Below, in pieces: positions 30,819-39,251 of a stretch of DNA of 64,000 nt. The stretch comes from a virus. How positions within the stretch are numbered: position 1 is the stretch's first letter; each line of letters starts with the position of its first letter. Below the pieces are notes generated by a model. The model made no database searches and was not told the DNA's origin. It saw only the letters and a list, made by a program, of their open reading frames with translations. The stretch covers positions 96,001 through 160,000 of the IMG/VR virus record IMGVR_UViG_3300046008_000291, one strand, 5' to 3'. A program made the translations under genes and the position numbers.

Positions 30819-31493
30819 ATGGATAAAAAAATGCAAGATTTAACAATGAAAACACAAACAACTACTGCACCAGCTAAACAACCTGATGAGCGTGGTGGTA
30901 TACACCTTCAAGGTCATATTAAGATATTTGATCCTGAGACTAATGAAGTGTACGTAAACAAACGCAACGCTATTCATTATGAAAATATGAGTGAAGCAAT
31001 TGCACAAAGTTTAAGTAATAAAGGCACACAATTTATTACTGAAATGCATTTTGGTAATGGCGGTACTACAGTTGACCCCACTGGTGTTATTACATACTTG
31101 CCTACAAACACCAACGTACAAAATGCTGACTTGTATAGTCCACAATATTTTAAGATTATCGATGACACAAATGCTGCCAACGGTGACCCATTGCGTAATA
31201 AAATGGTAATTATACACACTCCTGGACAGATCTATAGTGACATTATTGTAAGTTGTTTATTAGACTACGGCGAGCCTAGCGGTCAAGCTGTGTTTGACAA
31301 CAGTCAAGACTTGAACGGTCAATTTGTCTTTGACGAACTGGGCCTAAAAGGATTTACATCGTCGGGTGAAGGACTTGGTAAACTATTGACACACGTGATT
31401 TTTAGTCCGGTGCAAAAATCCTTAAACAGATTGATTCAAATTGATTACACGGTGCGCATACAAACACTGACTAATTTAAGTACTACTGCATAA
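30819..31493 (+). CDS. Putative baseplate/fibre-attachment structural protein (gp8 position)
   Basis: 224 aa between the giant baseplate gene and the fibre genes; beta-rich, with MHFGNGG and FDELGL. Assignment is positional. Confidence 0.5.
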   Translation: MDKKMQDLTMKTQTTTAPAKQPDERGGIHLQGHIKIFDPETNEVYVNKRNAIHYENMSEAIAQSLSNKGTQFITEMHFGNGGTTVDPTGVITYLPTNTNVQNADLYSPQYFKIIDDTNAANGDPLRNKMVIIHTPGQIYSDIIVSCLLDYGEPSGQAVFDNSQDLNGQFVFDELGLKGFTSSGEGLGKLLTHVIFSPVQKSLNRLIQIDYTVRIQTLTNLSTTA

Positions 31494-31506
31494 CTAGGAT
31501 AATAAA

Positions 31507-32874
31507 ATGGCGTATATAATAAGAAAAACAAACGGAACAACACTTGGTACTATCCTAGATGGTACTGTAGATACTGCGCAGACTAGTTTAACATTAGTTG
31601 GTCGTAACTACAGTAACTACGGTCAGATAATGACTGATAACCTAGTATCATTACTTGAAAATTTTGCCTATGACATTGAACCAAGCAATCCATTAAGTGG
31701 GCAATTGTGGTGGGACACATCGGCTAAATTATTAAAAGTATACACTGGTACATATTTTAAAATTATCAGTAGTGCCACTGCGCAGAATAGTGATATAGTT
31801 GGTGCACCATCGACAGTAGTCGCAGGCGACATATGGTGGGATACCTATGCTGAACAACTATACGTATATGATGGCACAACTCCGTATGATGTCGATGGCT
31901 GGAAATTAGTTGGCCCAGTATGGAGCAAAGTAAACGGCAAGAGTGGTGCATTGTGGGAACAAATTACAGACACTGGTTCTGCAATTCATAATGTTGTATC
32001 ATTATACATAGATGGCACCCGCACAGCAATTATCAGCCAAGATAGTGAATTTACTCCAGGAACTGCGATTACTGGCTTTACCTCTATTAAAACTGGACAC
32101 AATTTACGTAGTACTCAAACACTTTGGGGTACTGCTAATAATGCTAGTTACTTAGGTGGTGTTATTGCTAGTAACTATTTCCGTACAGATATTAACAATA
32201 GTACTACTGGTAATCTACGTATTGTAAATGATAGTGGCATTACTATTGGTGCAGGATTAGATTTAACATTATCTGTATCTGGTGTAGATGCATCGATAAC
32301 AAATAATTCCGACGGTGATATTAATCTAGTTACAAACAGTACAACGTATCTAACAGTTAATGGTGCAACCGGAGTCGTTGAAGTGGCTGCTGACCCAACT
32401 ACAACATTGGGTGTTGCTACAAAAAATTACGTTGACAGTAGTTTTGTTGATGCAACTTTAACAGGAGTATCAACTGCAATTACTATGCCAGCATCAACAG
32501 CAAATACTGCGATTGCTACTACAGAATTTGTCGTTAATAATTCTGGTTTCTTAAAAAATAAAATATATCAAGCTAATAGTTTCTTAGAAATTATTGATAG
32601 TGGAACAGGTAGTGCAAATTTAGCAATAGATGGCACTAGTGTAATGACTGCTAGTGCAAGTGGTGTAAATTTACTCGCGGGTGCAACAGCAGCAACGCAG
32701 GCACAGACATATACCAGTACAGGTAATGCTGCAGTTGCAACTACACAATATGTAAGAACAGCCGGAGCATGGTGGGACGGCAGTGCTAAATTTGTTAGTA
32801 CAGATGCACCTGAGCTCGGAGTCAATGACACTGGATCACACGATGGCGATTTTTGGTTCCAATACACAGCTTAG
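31507..32874 (+). CDS. Tail-fibre-like virion protein (paralogue 1)
   Basis: N-terminal SLTLVGRNYSNYG...LLENFA...P.NPLSGQLWWDT repeated as VAGDIWWDT; Thr/Gly/Ala-rich shaft; TK.YVD fibre motif. Confidence 0.72.
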   Translation: MAYIIRKTNGTTLGTILDGTVDTAQTSLTLVGRNYSNYGQIMTDNLVSLLENFAYDIEPSNPLSGQLWWDTSAKLLKVYTGTYFKIISSATAQNSDIVGAPSTVVAGDIWWDTYAEQLYVYDGTTPYDVDGWKLVGPVWSKVNGKSGALWEQITDTGSAIHNVVSLYIDGTRTAIISQDSEFTPGTAITGFTSIKTGHNLRSTQTLWGTANNASYLGGVIASNYFRTDINNSTTGNLRIVNDSGITIGAGLDLTLSVSGVDASITNNSDGDINLVTNSTTYLTVNGATGVVEVAADPTTTLGVATKNYVDSSFVDATLTGVSTAITMPASTANTAIATTEFVVNNSGFLKNKIYQANSFLEIIDSGTGSANLAIDGTSVMTASASGVNLLAGATAATQAQTYTSTGNAAVATTQYVRTAGAWWDGSAKFVSTDAPELGVNDTGSHDGDFWFQYTA

Positions 32875-32879
32875 AACAG

Positions 32880-32886
32880 ATAAATA
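32880..32886 (+). promoter_or_regulatory. T4-type late promoter (ATAAATA)
   Basis: ATAAATA 20 nt before the ATG at 32907. Confidence 0.6.
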
Positions 32887-32906
32887 ATACATAATAGGTA
32901 AAGATA

Positions 32907-34172
32907 ATGTCATATACAGTAACCACAACAGCCGGCGCAACACTTACACGTATTACGGATGGTACGATTAATAATACCGTTACTAGTTTAACTTTAATCG
33001 GTAAAAACTATGCCGGATACGGGTTGTTCCTTAATGAAAATTATGTTAAGTTACTTGAAAATTTTGCAAACACATCCGAGCCGTCATACAGTCTTGATGG
33101 TCAACTATGGTATGATTCTACTAATAAAATAATTAAATTACGTAGAAATTCTTTGTGGAAAGCACTTACAGCAAGTACAAGTAGTTCTACAACTCCAGTG
33201 GATAACTATGTTGGCGATTTATGGTGGGACACTATTGTTTCACAACTCAAGGTATGGAGCGGAATAGAATGGGTAGCCATCGGACCAGCATATACATCGG
33301 CAGTAGGAACATCGGGCGCACTAGTTGAAACAATCTTAGACAGCAGTTCGATTAGCCATGTGGTTGTTAAATTTTATATTTCAAACACTGTGATTGCTGT
33401 ATTGAGTAAAGATAGTGAATTTACACCCCAAACATCAATTACTGGATTCACTACCCTTAAACCAGGATTAAATCTAATTAGTTCAACTTCATTGACTGGA
33501 GTACAATTTACCGGTAATGCTAGTAGTGCTCTGACACTTAATGGTGTTTCATCATACTTACGCAGTGATATTGATGCCACAGCTACTGGGAATTTAACCG
33601 TAGCCGCAGGATTGAATGTAAGTAGTGATTTAGAAGTTCGCACTCTTAGTGGTACTGTTAGTTTAACTAATGTAACAAATAATGGTGATTTGAATTTATG
33701 GGTTAATAAAGGTGGTGTAAATACCAAAGCCATCGGCATTAACGGTACAACGGCCGCAGTTACCTTACCTGGCAGTTTAGTTGCACAAGGTACAGCAAGT
33801 GTTACTGGTAATTTAACTACAACTGGCTATACATTAAGTCAAGGCATTACTATTGCATCAAACCATATATTACCAAACGCAACTAATACAATTAATATTG
33901 GTGCAAGTGGCACTAAATTTGCTAACATGTATGTTACTACATTAACAGGTAATGTAACAGGTAATTTAACAGGTAATGTAACAGGTAATTTAACAGGAAA
34001 TGTAACGGCAACCAACGTAACTGCCAGCGGCTACGTAAAAAATGCTGTATATGCAACAACTGTTGCACGTGATGCAGCAATAACTTCACCTACAGCAGGC
34101 ATGCAAGTATTTGTAACTGCTGGCACAACATTTTATGGATATACCGGTTCTGCGTGGGTAGCATTAAATTAG
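32907..34172 (+). CDS. Tail-fibre-like virion protein (paralogue 2)
   Basis: Same N-terminal pattern as 31507 (SLTLIGKNYAGYG...LLENFA...DGQLWYD...VGDLWWDT); TGN(V/L) repeats near the C-terminus. Confidence 0.72.
   Translation: MSYTVTTTAGATLTRITDGTINNTVTSLTLIGKNYAGYGLFLNENYVKLLENFANTSEPSYSLDGQLWYDSTNKIIKLRRNSLWKALTASTSSSTTPVDNYVGDLWWDTIVSQLKVWSGIEWVAIGPAYTSAVGTSGALVETILDSSSISHVVVKFYISNTVIAVLSKDSEFTPQTSITGFTTLKPGLNLISSTSLTGVQFTGNASSALTLNGVSSYLRSDIDATATGNLTVAAGLNVSSDLEVRTLSGTVSLTNVTNNGDLNLWVNKGGVNTKAIGINGTTAAVTLPGSLVAQGTASVTGNLTTTGYTLSQGITIASNHILPNATNTINIGASGTKFANMYVTTLTGNVTGNLTGNVTGNLTGNVTATNVTASGYVKNAVYATTVARDAAITSPTAGMQVFVTAGTTFYGYTGSAWVALN
33942..34007 (+). repeat. In-frame 12-bp tandem repeat (5.5 copies) encoding (L/V)TGN
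   Basis: tta aca ggt aat / gta aca ggt aat alternating, translating as LTGNVTGNLTGNVTGNLTGNVT. Confidence 0.95.
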
Positions 34173-34174
34173 TA

Positions 34175-34209
34175 TATAAATATTTTTTAATAATATATTA
34201 TAATAAATA
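34175..34209 (+). promoter_or_regulatory. Tandem late promoters: perfect T4 TATAAATA (34175-34182) and ATAAATA (34203-34209)
   Basis: Both lie in a 37-nt stretch with no G or C (34173-34209), upstream of an AAGGA SD and the ATG at 34240. Confidence 0.65.
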
Positions 34210-34239
34210 CATAAAGTGTAAACAGTTAAGGAAATAAGA

Positions 34240-35181
34240 ATGGCATACGCATCGGCTGGCTTAATACAAGCTACAGACTATAACTATCTAGCATGGGGCG
34301 GCACTCAAGGTACCTATACCAATGTTACTAAAAACATTGCGTATGTTATGGGTGTAGGCACAGGTGCCACAGGATACGGACAGACTATTAGTGCAATCAA
34401 TACAGTCTCTGCCGCTGGAACAGTAACAGCCACACAATGGAGTGGATTACTAACACTACTTAATGGCGCATTGGGACATCAAAGTGGTGCAGGTGCACAA
34501 TTAAGTGGTAACTATACTGCTGGACAGACTATTACATATTTTGCCAACGTAGCAACTGCGGTGACAACAATTAATACAAATGCGGCTTTATACAGTGCGC
34601 AAGGTGCTACAACTACTGGTGCTAACTTTGATGCAACTGTATCTAGTACAACTGGTTTAAGTAGTTATACAGTGAATCGTGTGGTAACTTTTGCTAGTGC
34701 GGATGCAGCACGTTATTTCTTTAATGCAGGTGGACAATTAAATTTAAGATTAAGTACAGTTAACTCAGCTGATAGTGGAGCAGAAAACAGTTTTGCTAGA
34801 CTAGTAACTGGTTTGGGCGGCGTTGGATTTAAAAATACTACAAACACTGGTCGCACTGGGTCTGGTATTACCTTAAATACCAACAATACAGCACTTGGTT
34901 ATAGAACTAACGTACTTAACACACCGGCTACTATAGTGCAAGTAACTGATACCACAGCAAGTTACACAGCAAGCACTGGGTATTTACAAGTGTATACAAG
35001 CAGTAGTGACACTACTAACGGCTCAAACGGATTAAACGTAGTTTTCCGCACTGTGTTCACTGTTGCTGACAAAACTTGGGATGATACATTAAGTTTAACC
35101 TACAGAATGGCAGTTGATATTGTATTCCCAGAATCAACATACTTAACAACTAACTCATGGGGTACACCAACCATTTCATAG
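34240..35181 (+). CDS. Putative virion fibre/structural protein
   Basis: 313 aa, Thr/Gly/Ala/Asn-rich with few charged residues; last gene of the late module. Confidence 0.6.
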   Translation: MAYASAGLIQATDYNYLAWGGTQGTYTNVTKNIAYVMGVGTGATGYGQTISAINTVSAAGTVTATQWSGLLTLLNGALGHQSGAGAQLSGNYTAGQTITYFANVATAVTTINTNAALYSAQGATTTGANFDATVSSTTGLSSYTVNRVVTFASADAARYFFNAGGQLNLRLSTVNSADSGAENSFARLVTGLGGVGFKNTTNTGRTGSGITLNTNNTALGYRTNVLNTPATIVQVTDTTASYTASTGYLQVYTSSSDTTNGSNGLNVVFRTVFTVADKTWDDTLSLTYRMAVDIVFPESTYLTTNSWGTPTIS

Positions 35182-35210
35182 TTGACAACTTAATACAAAT
35201 GTCTTATACT
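35182..35210 (+). promoter_or_regulatory. Near-consensus sigma70 promoter TTGACA-17 bp-TATACT
   Basis: TTGACA at 35182-35187, 17-bp spacer, TATACT at 35205-35210, immediately after the stop of the last structural gene. Confidence 0.85.
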
Positions 35211-35241
35211 ATAGGTAAGTTATTTTGACTTACCTATTTTT
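35211..35241 (+). terminator. Intrinsic terminator ending the late structural transcript
   Basis: Perfect 10-bp stem ATAGGTAAGT (35211-35220) / ACTTACCTAT (35228-35237), 7-nt loop, then a short T run to 35241. Confidence 0.65.
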
Positions 35242-35257
35242 ATGGCTAATTACTATT

Positions 35258-35575
35258 ATGACAACAGAAATTACTCAACTAGTTGCTCAAATTAAACAAG
35301 CAACGGATTATCAAACCAACAAACGCATACTTAAAGAAAAAATACAAACGGATTTACATGTTCCGTATAACAATGGACTCTTTAAAGTAACACCGGAACT
35401 TATAGCATTCCTATCAACTTGGACTGCTGATACTTTATATCTTGAAGATACCTACGAAAATCCTATAGAAATACAACGACTAGCATTTTTAGAATTGTGT
35501 CGGCAACACTATCAACAAGTTATGAACGAATGGCATATTCAATATGACGAAATCCGACGTGCCCGCAAAGTCTAA
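35258..35575 (+). CDS. Hypothetical protein (105 aa)
   Basis: ORF-track TTG start at 35225 falls inside the hairpin; ATG at 35258 is preferred. Overlaps the next gene. Confidence 0.7.
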   Translation: MTTEITQLVAQIKQATDYQTNKRILKEKIQTDLHVPYNNGLFKVTPELIAFLSTWTADTLYLEDTYENPIEIQRLAFLELCRQHYQQVMNEWHIQYDEIRRARKV

Positions 35576-36320
35576 AGGTGTTGTATTATTTGCTGTTAAC
35601 ACTGCCACAGTCGATTATGTTCGAATCGCTGAGCAGGCCGCACGTTTAATTAAACATACTCTAAACTTACCTACTACCATTATCACAGATCCGGGCGTAC
35701 CTAGTTTAAGTAACTATCGCACCGGCCATGCTGGCGGCACAGAATGGAAGAACGGTGGCAGATATCGTGCGTACGAACTTAGTCCCTATGATGAAACTAT
35801 CTTACTTGACAGTGACTACCTACAGTTAGATACAAGTTTATTAACCATACTCGAAACCACTGTCGATTATAAGTTAATGCACTACAACCAAAGCCCTCAA
35901 CAGTCAATGTCGGGCAACATGGGTCAGTTAAGTTTAGATTATGTATGGGCCACTGCTATAACATTTAAGCGTACAGATAAAACACAAATGTTATTTGATC
36001 TAGTTGGTCGTATCGAACGTAACTATGCTTACTATCAAAAACTATATCACTTAAGAGAACGTAATTTCCGCAATGATTATGCGTTTGCCATTGCCAACAA
36101 CATTATTAATGGGTACACTACTAACACTACACAAAGTATACCTTTTACCATGTTAACCTTGGATAAACTAATTAAAAACATTGAAATAACAGGCGAAAAG
36201 ATGATTATACGCGAAGAAAATTCTGCACATGTCATTGCCCTGCAAAACATACACGTAATGGATAAAGATTATTTGCTTAGTGAAAAGTTTGATCAATTGG
36301 TGGACACAGTATGCGCATAA
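35544..36320 (+). CDS. GT-A fold glycosyltransferase-like protein (GT8-like)
   Basis: KGVVLFAVN..VDYV..A; LSPYDETILLDSDYL with a DxD motif; RNDYAFAIA. Confidence 0.62.
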   Translation: MTKSDVPAKSKGVVLFAVNTATVDYVRIAEQAARLIKHTLNLPTTIITDPGVPSLSNYRTGHAGGTEWKNGGRYRAYELSPYDETILLDSDYLQLDTSLLTILETTVDYKLMHYNQSPQQSMSGNMGQLSLDYVWATAITFKRTDKTQMLFDLVGRIERNYAYYQKLYHLRERNFRNDYAFAIANNIINGYTTNTTQSIPFTMLTLDKLIKNIEITGEKMIIREENSAHVIALQNIHVMDKDYLLSEKFDQLVDTVCA

Positions 36321-37168
36321 CACCACATCAAGCACAGCAGGGGTTTATGACCATTGCGCAGAATACAGCAGAGGTTGATTACTTACAGCTTGCTTACGTA
36401 CAAGCAATGAGTATTAAACTGACCATGCCTGGCAGTTCGTACGCAGTAGCAGTTGATAAGAATACACTTGAACAGGTAACAGAACAACATCGAAAGGTGT
36501 TTGATTATGTAGTTACTATTGACAATGACCTAGCCCAAGACGAAACTTGGAAGTTATCAAATGAATGGCAGGCATTTTATCTCACACCATTCAAAGAAAC
36601 AATTAAACTCGAAAGTGACATTGTATTCACTAGAAGTATTGCGCATTGGTGGACTGCTTTTAGATTAAAGAATGTTGTACTAAGCACAGGATGTAGAGAT
36701 TATCAGCAAGAGTTAAGCGCATCACGAGAATACAGAAAGTTATTCGACGATAATGAATTGCCCGATACTTACAACGGGCTAATGTATTTTAGATACAGTC
36801 GTGAAGCCACTGAATTCTTTATGTTAGCAGAACAAATATTTAAAAATTGGGCCTATCTACGTGACAACGTATTACTTAACTGTCGCGATGATAATCCTAC
36901 TACCGATGTTGTTTATGCTCTAACTGCAAAGTTACTTGGTGTAGAAGATTGCACATTGCCCAGCTTAGATTTTATTAATTTTGTACATATGAAGCCGGCA
37001 ATTAACGCATGGACCAGTACACCCTGGCCTGAGTTAGTTGTATGCGAAACAGACTTACCAATGATACGTATTGCCAACACCAATCAATATCACCCCATAC
37101 ACTATCATGAAAAGTCCTGGGTAACACCTGAATTAATCAAGGAGTATGAACATGAACTCTTTAAGTGA
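36311..37168 (+). CDS. GT-A fold glycosyltransferase-like protein, paralogue of 35544 (GT8-like)
   Basis: QGFMTIAQN..VDYLQLA; LTPFKETIKLESDIVF (ExD at the DxD position); YNGLMYF; TDVVYAL; FVHMKP. Confidence 0.6.
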   Translation: MRITPHQAQQGFMTIAQNTAEVDYLQLAYVQAMSIKLTMPGSSYAVAVDKNTLEQVTEQHRKVFDYVVTIDNDLAQDETWKLSNEWQAFYLTPFKETIKLESDIVFTRSIAHWWTAFRLKNVVLSTGCRDYQQELSASREYRKLFDDNELPDTYNGLMYFRYSREATEFFMLAEQIFKNWAYLRDNVLLNCRDDNPTTDVVYALTAKLLGVEDCTLPSLDFINFVHMKPAINAWTSTPWPELVVCETDLPMIRIANTNQYHPIHYHEKSWVTPELIKEYEHELFK

Positions 37169-37502
37169 ATTTGAAAAAGCATTGGCCATGCTCAAACCCA
37201 TTGTAGAAGAAGTTAAAGAATATAGATTGCACTATGATGAACTTGGAATCATTACAATGTGTACAATGATCAATCACCCAACGGATACTAACTATATTGT
37301 TGTTAGTCGAGATGAATATGACAACTATTTCCGTTATACAATTGTAGATAATAAGCTGAAAAAGATTGACAACAACCCTGGTTATCGTGTACAATTAGCT
37401 AGTAGTACCACTGGCTACGCCACAGTAAAGAAACATGCAGGAATACTAATAGAACCAACTGACACCTATCAGGATATAGAATACTATGACACAAATCGTT
37501 GA
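37146..37502 (+). CDS. Hypothetical protein
   Basis: 118-aa ORF overlapping both neighbours; no recognisable motif. Confidence 0.7.
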   Translation: MNMNSLSEFEKALAMLKPIVEEVKEYRLHYDELGIITMCTMINHPTDTNYIVVSRDEYDNYFRYTIVDNKLKKIDNNPGYRVQLASSTTGYATVKKHAGILIEPTDTYQDIEYYDTNR

Positions 37503-38382
37503 TATAGCAGATTTAGCCTGCATCTATCTAAGCTACGATGAACCTAAGAAAGAAGAATTTTGGATCAAGATTCAAAACATGGTTCCGTGGGCTAAACGTG
37601 TAGATGGGGTTAAGGGCAGTGATGCTGCCCACAAAGCCGCGGCGGCTGCCAGCGACACCGAACGCTTTGTATTAATAGATGGCGATAACTTGCCCGATCC
37701 AGAATTCTTCAACCTGCAACTTACACTGGATGATACCAATCGAGATGTAGTATTCCGTTGGAAGGCTCGTAATCACATCAACGGACTTATGTACGGCAAT
37801 GGTGGCATGAGTTGTTGGACCAAGGACTTTGTCAACAACATGCGCACACACGAAGCCAGTGATGGTGCAGATGATACAGCTATCGAGTTTTGCTTTGACC
37901 CACGCTATTGGGCAATGAATGATTGCTACAGTACAACATACCCAAATCAAAGTTCATATCAAGCCTGGCGAGCTGGATTCCGTGAAGGTGTTAAGATGTG
38001 CTTGGATCGTGGCACAAAGCCAAGCCTTGGTGAATTTGAGCGACGTGTACACGCACGCAACTATGATCACTTGAGCATATGGCACAATGTGGGCATGGAT
38101 GTAGAGAATGGTGACTGGGCTATGTATGGTGCTAAACTAGGCACATATATGACCATGATTACGGATTGGGACTACAGAGAAGTACAGGACTTTGATGCAC
38201 TGAATCGTATCTGGGAGCAAAACAAAGTATTAAATCTAGTAGAAGAATGTAACGAAATGTCACATACATTAAGTGTAAAATTAGGATTGCCTGCTCCGCA
38301 TTTTACAGCGGCGCAGAGTAGATTTTTCAAACATCACTACAAGAGCGTATTTAAGAACAAAGGTATAATGTCGAGAGAATGA
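37486..38382 (+). CDS. Glycosyltransferase (GT-A, GT2-like)
   Basis: IYLSYDEP, VDGVKGSDAAHKAAA, FVLIDGDN (DxD), YGNGG, AWRAGFREGVKM. Confidence 0.68.
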   Translation: MTQIVDIADLACIYLSYDEPKKEEFWIKIQNMVPWAKRVDGVKGSDAAHKAAAAASDTERFVLIDGDNLPDPEFFNLQLTLDDTNRDVVFRWKARNHINGLMYGNGGMSCWTKDFVNNMRTHEASDGADDTAIEFCFDPRYWAMNDCYSTTYPNQSSYQAWRAGFREGVKMCLDRGTKPSLGEFERRVHARNYDHLSIWHNVGMDVENGDWAMYGAKLGTYMTMITDWDYREVQDFDALNRIWEQNKVLNLVEECNEMSHTLSVKLGLPAPHFTAAQSRFFKHHYKSVFKNKGIMSRE

Positions 38383-39251
38383 GATTACACGATACTAATT
38401 TAGTAAAGTATTTTTCATATATCCCAGAAGTTTGGCGAACTTATCCTGTTTATCCATATAATTTCATTGATCGAAATTCAAATACATTAGTGGTTACCAT
38501 TGGTGACAGCTGGACATTTGGTGCTGATATTTGTCTAGATGATTATGCAATGTCTCAGGAAAGATTAGACAAGATGTATGGAAACATCGTTGCATCTAAC
38601 TTGGGTGCCGACTTCTTAAGCCTGGGACAGAGTGGTACTTGTAATTTATATATAATTAATAAAATAACAGAATTAGACACCCTTATTCCGCAATTGGATT
38701 ATACTAATATTATAATCATATGCACATTTACCGAAGCATGTCGAACATTCGATGGACCGTTTGACAAACACAACGATTATGTCACGTGGTTTAGTAACCA
38801 AACATTTGATTCAGTTGATAAGTTTGATTCTATTATAAAATATCATAATGGACTACAACAGGATTCAATAGTTGAATTAGCTGCAAAATATCAACACGTT
38901 AAAGTAATAGTGGGTACTAACTTTGTTGATCCTATTGGCATGAATCCAGCTATAACAATCTTATCTAAAAGTTGGCTGCAGGTATACAGCGAACAAATAA
39001 TTAATCAAGAATATCTCGGTCATTGTTATATTATGTCGCATTGGGTATTGGACAAACTGCCCGGAATCATTACTGGATTTAAACCAGATATAGATCGAAC
39101 TTTATTATTGCAGTGGATGTGTGGATTAACTGAATCAGCAATGACACGAAAACAATTAGTATCAGACTCCTGTTATTTTAGAGGAATCAATCATCCACTT
39201 GCTGAAGGTCATCGAGTATGGGCTGATTATCTATTAGAGCAACTGCAATGA
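38379..39251 (+). CDS. SGNH/GDSL-like hydrolase or acyltransferase
   Basis: VVTIGDSWTFG (block I), LGQSGTCN, C-terminal NHPLAEGH. Confidence 0.65.
   Translation: MRLHDTNLVKYFSYIPEVWRTYPVYPYNFIDRNSNTLVVTIGDSWTFGADICLDDYAMSQERLDKMYGNIVASNLGADFLSLGQSGTCNLYIINKITELDTLIPQLDYTNIIIICTFTEACRTFDGPFDKHNDYVTWFSNQTFDSVDKFDSIIKYHNGLQQDSIVELAAKYQHVKVIVGTNFVDPIGMNPAITILSKSWLQVYSEQIINQEYLGHCYIMSHWVLDKLPGIITGFKPDIDRTLLLQWMCGLTESAMTRKQLVSDSCYFRGINHPLAEGHRVWADYLLEQLQ

Noticed and set aside
33942-34007. CRISPR-like or regulatory repeat array
   Set aside because: It is an in-frame 12-bp coding tandem with no spacers.
34173-34209. Replication origin (37-nt pure AT tract with palindrome ATAATATATTAT at 34190-34201)
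   Set aside because: Explained more simply by two late-promoter boxes; no iterons are nearby.
31507-35181. Diversity-generating retroelement acting on fibre tips
   Set aside because: No reverse transcriptase and no near-identical template/variable repeat pair was seen in the window.
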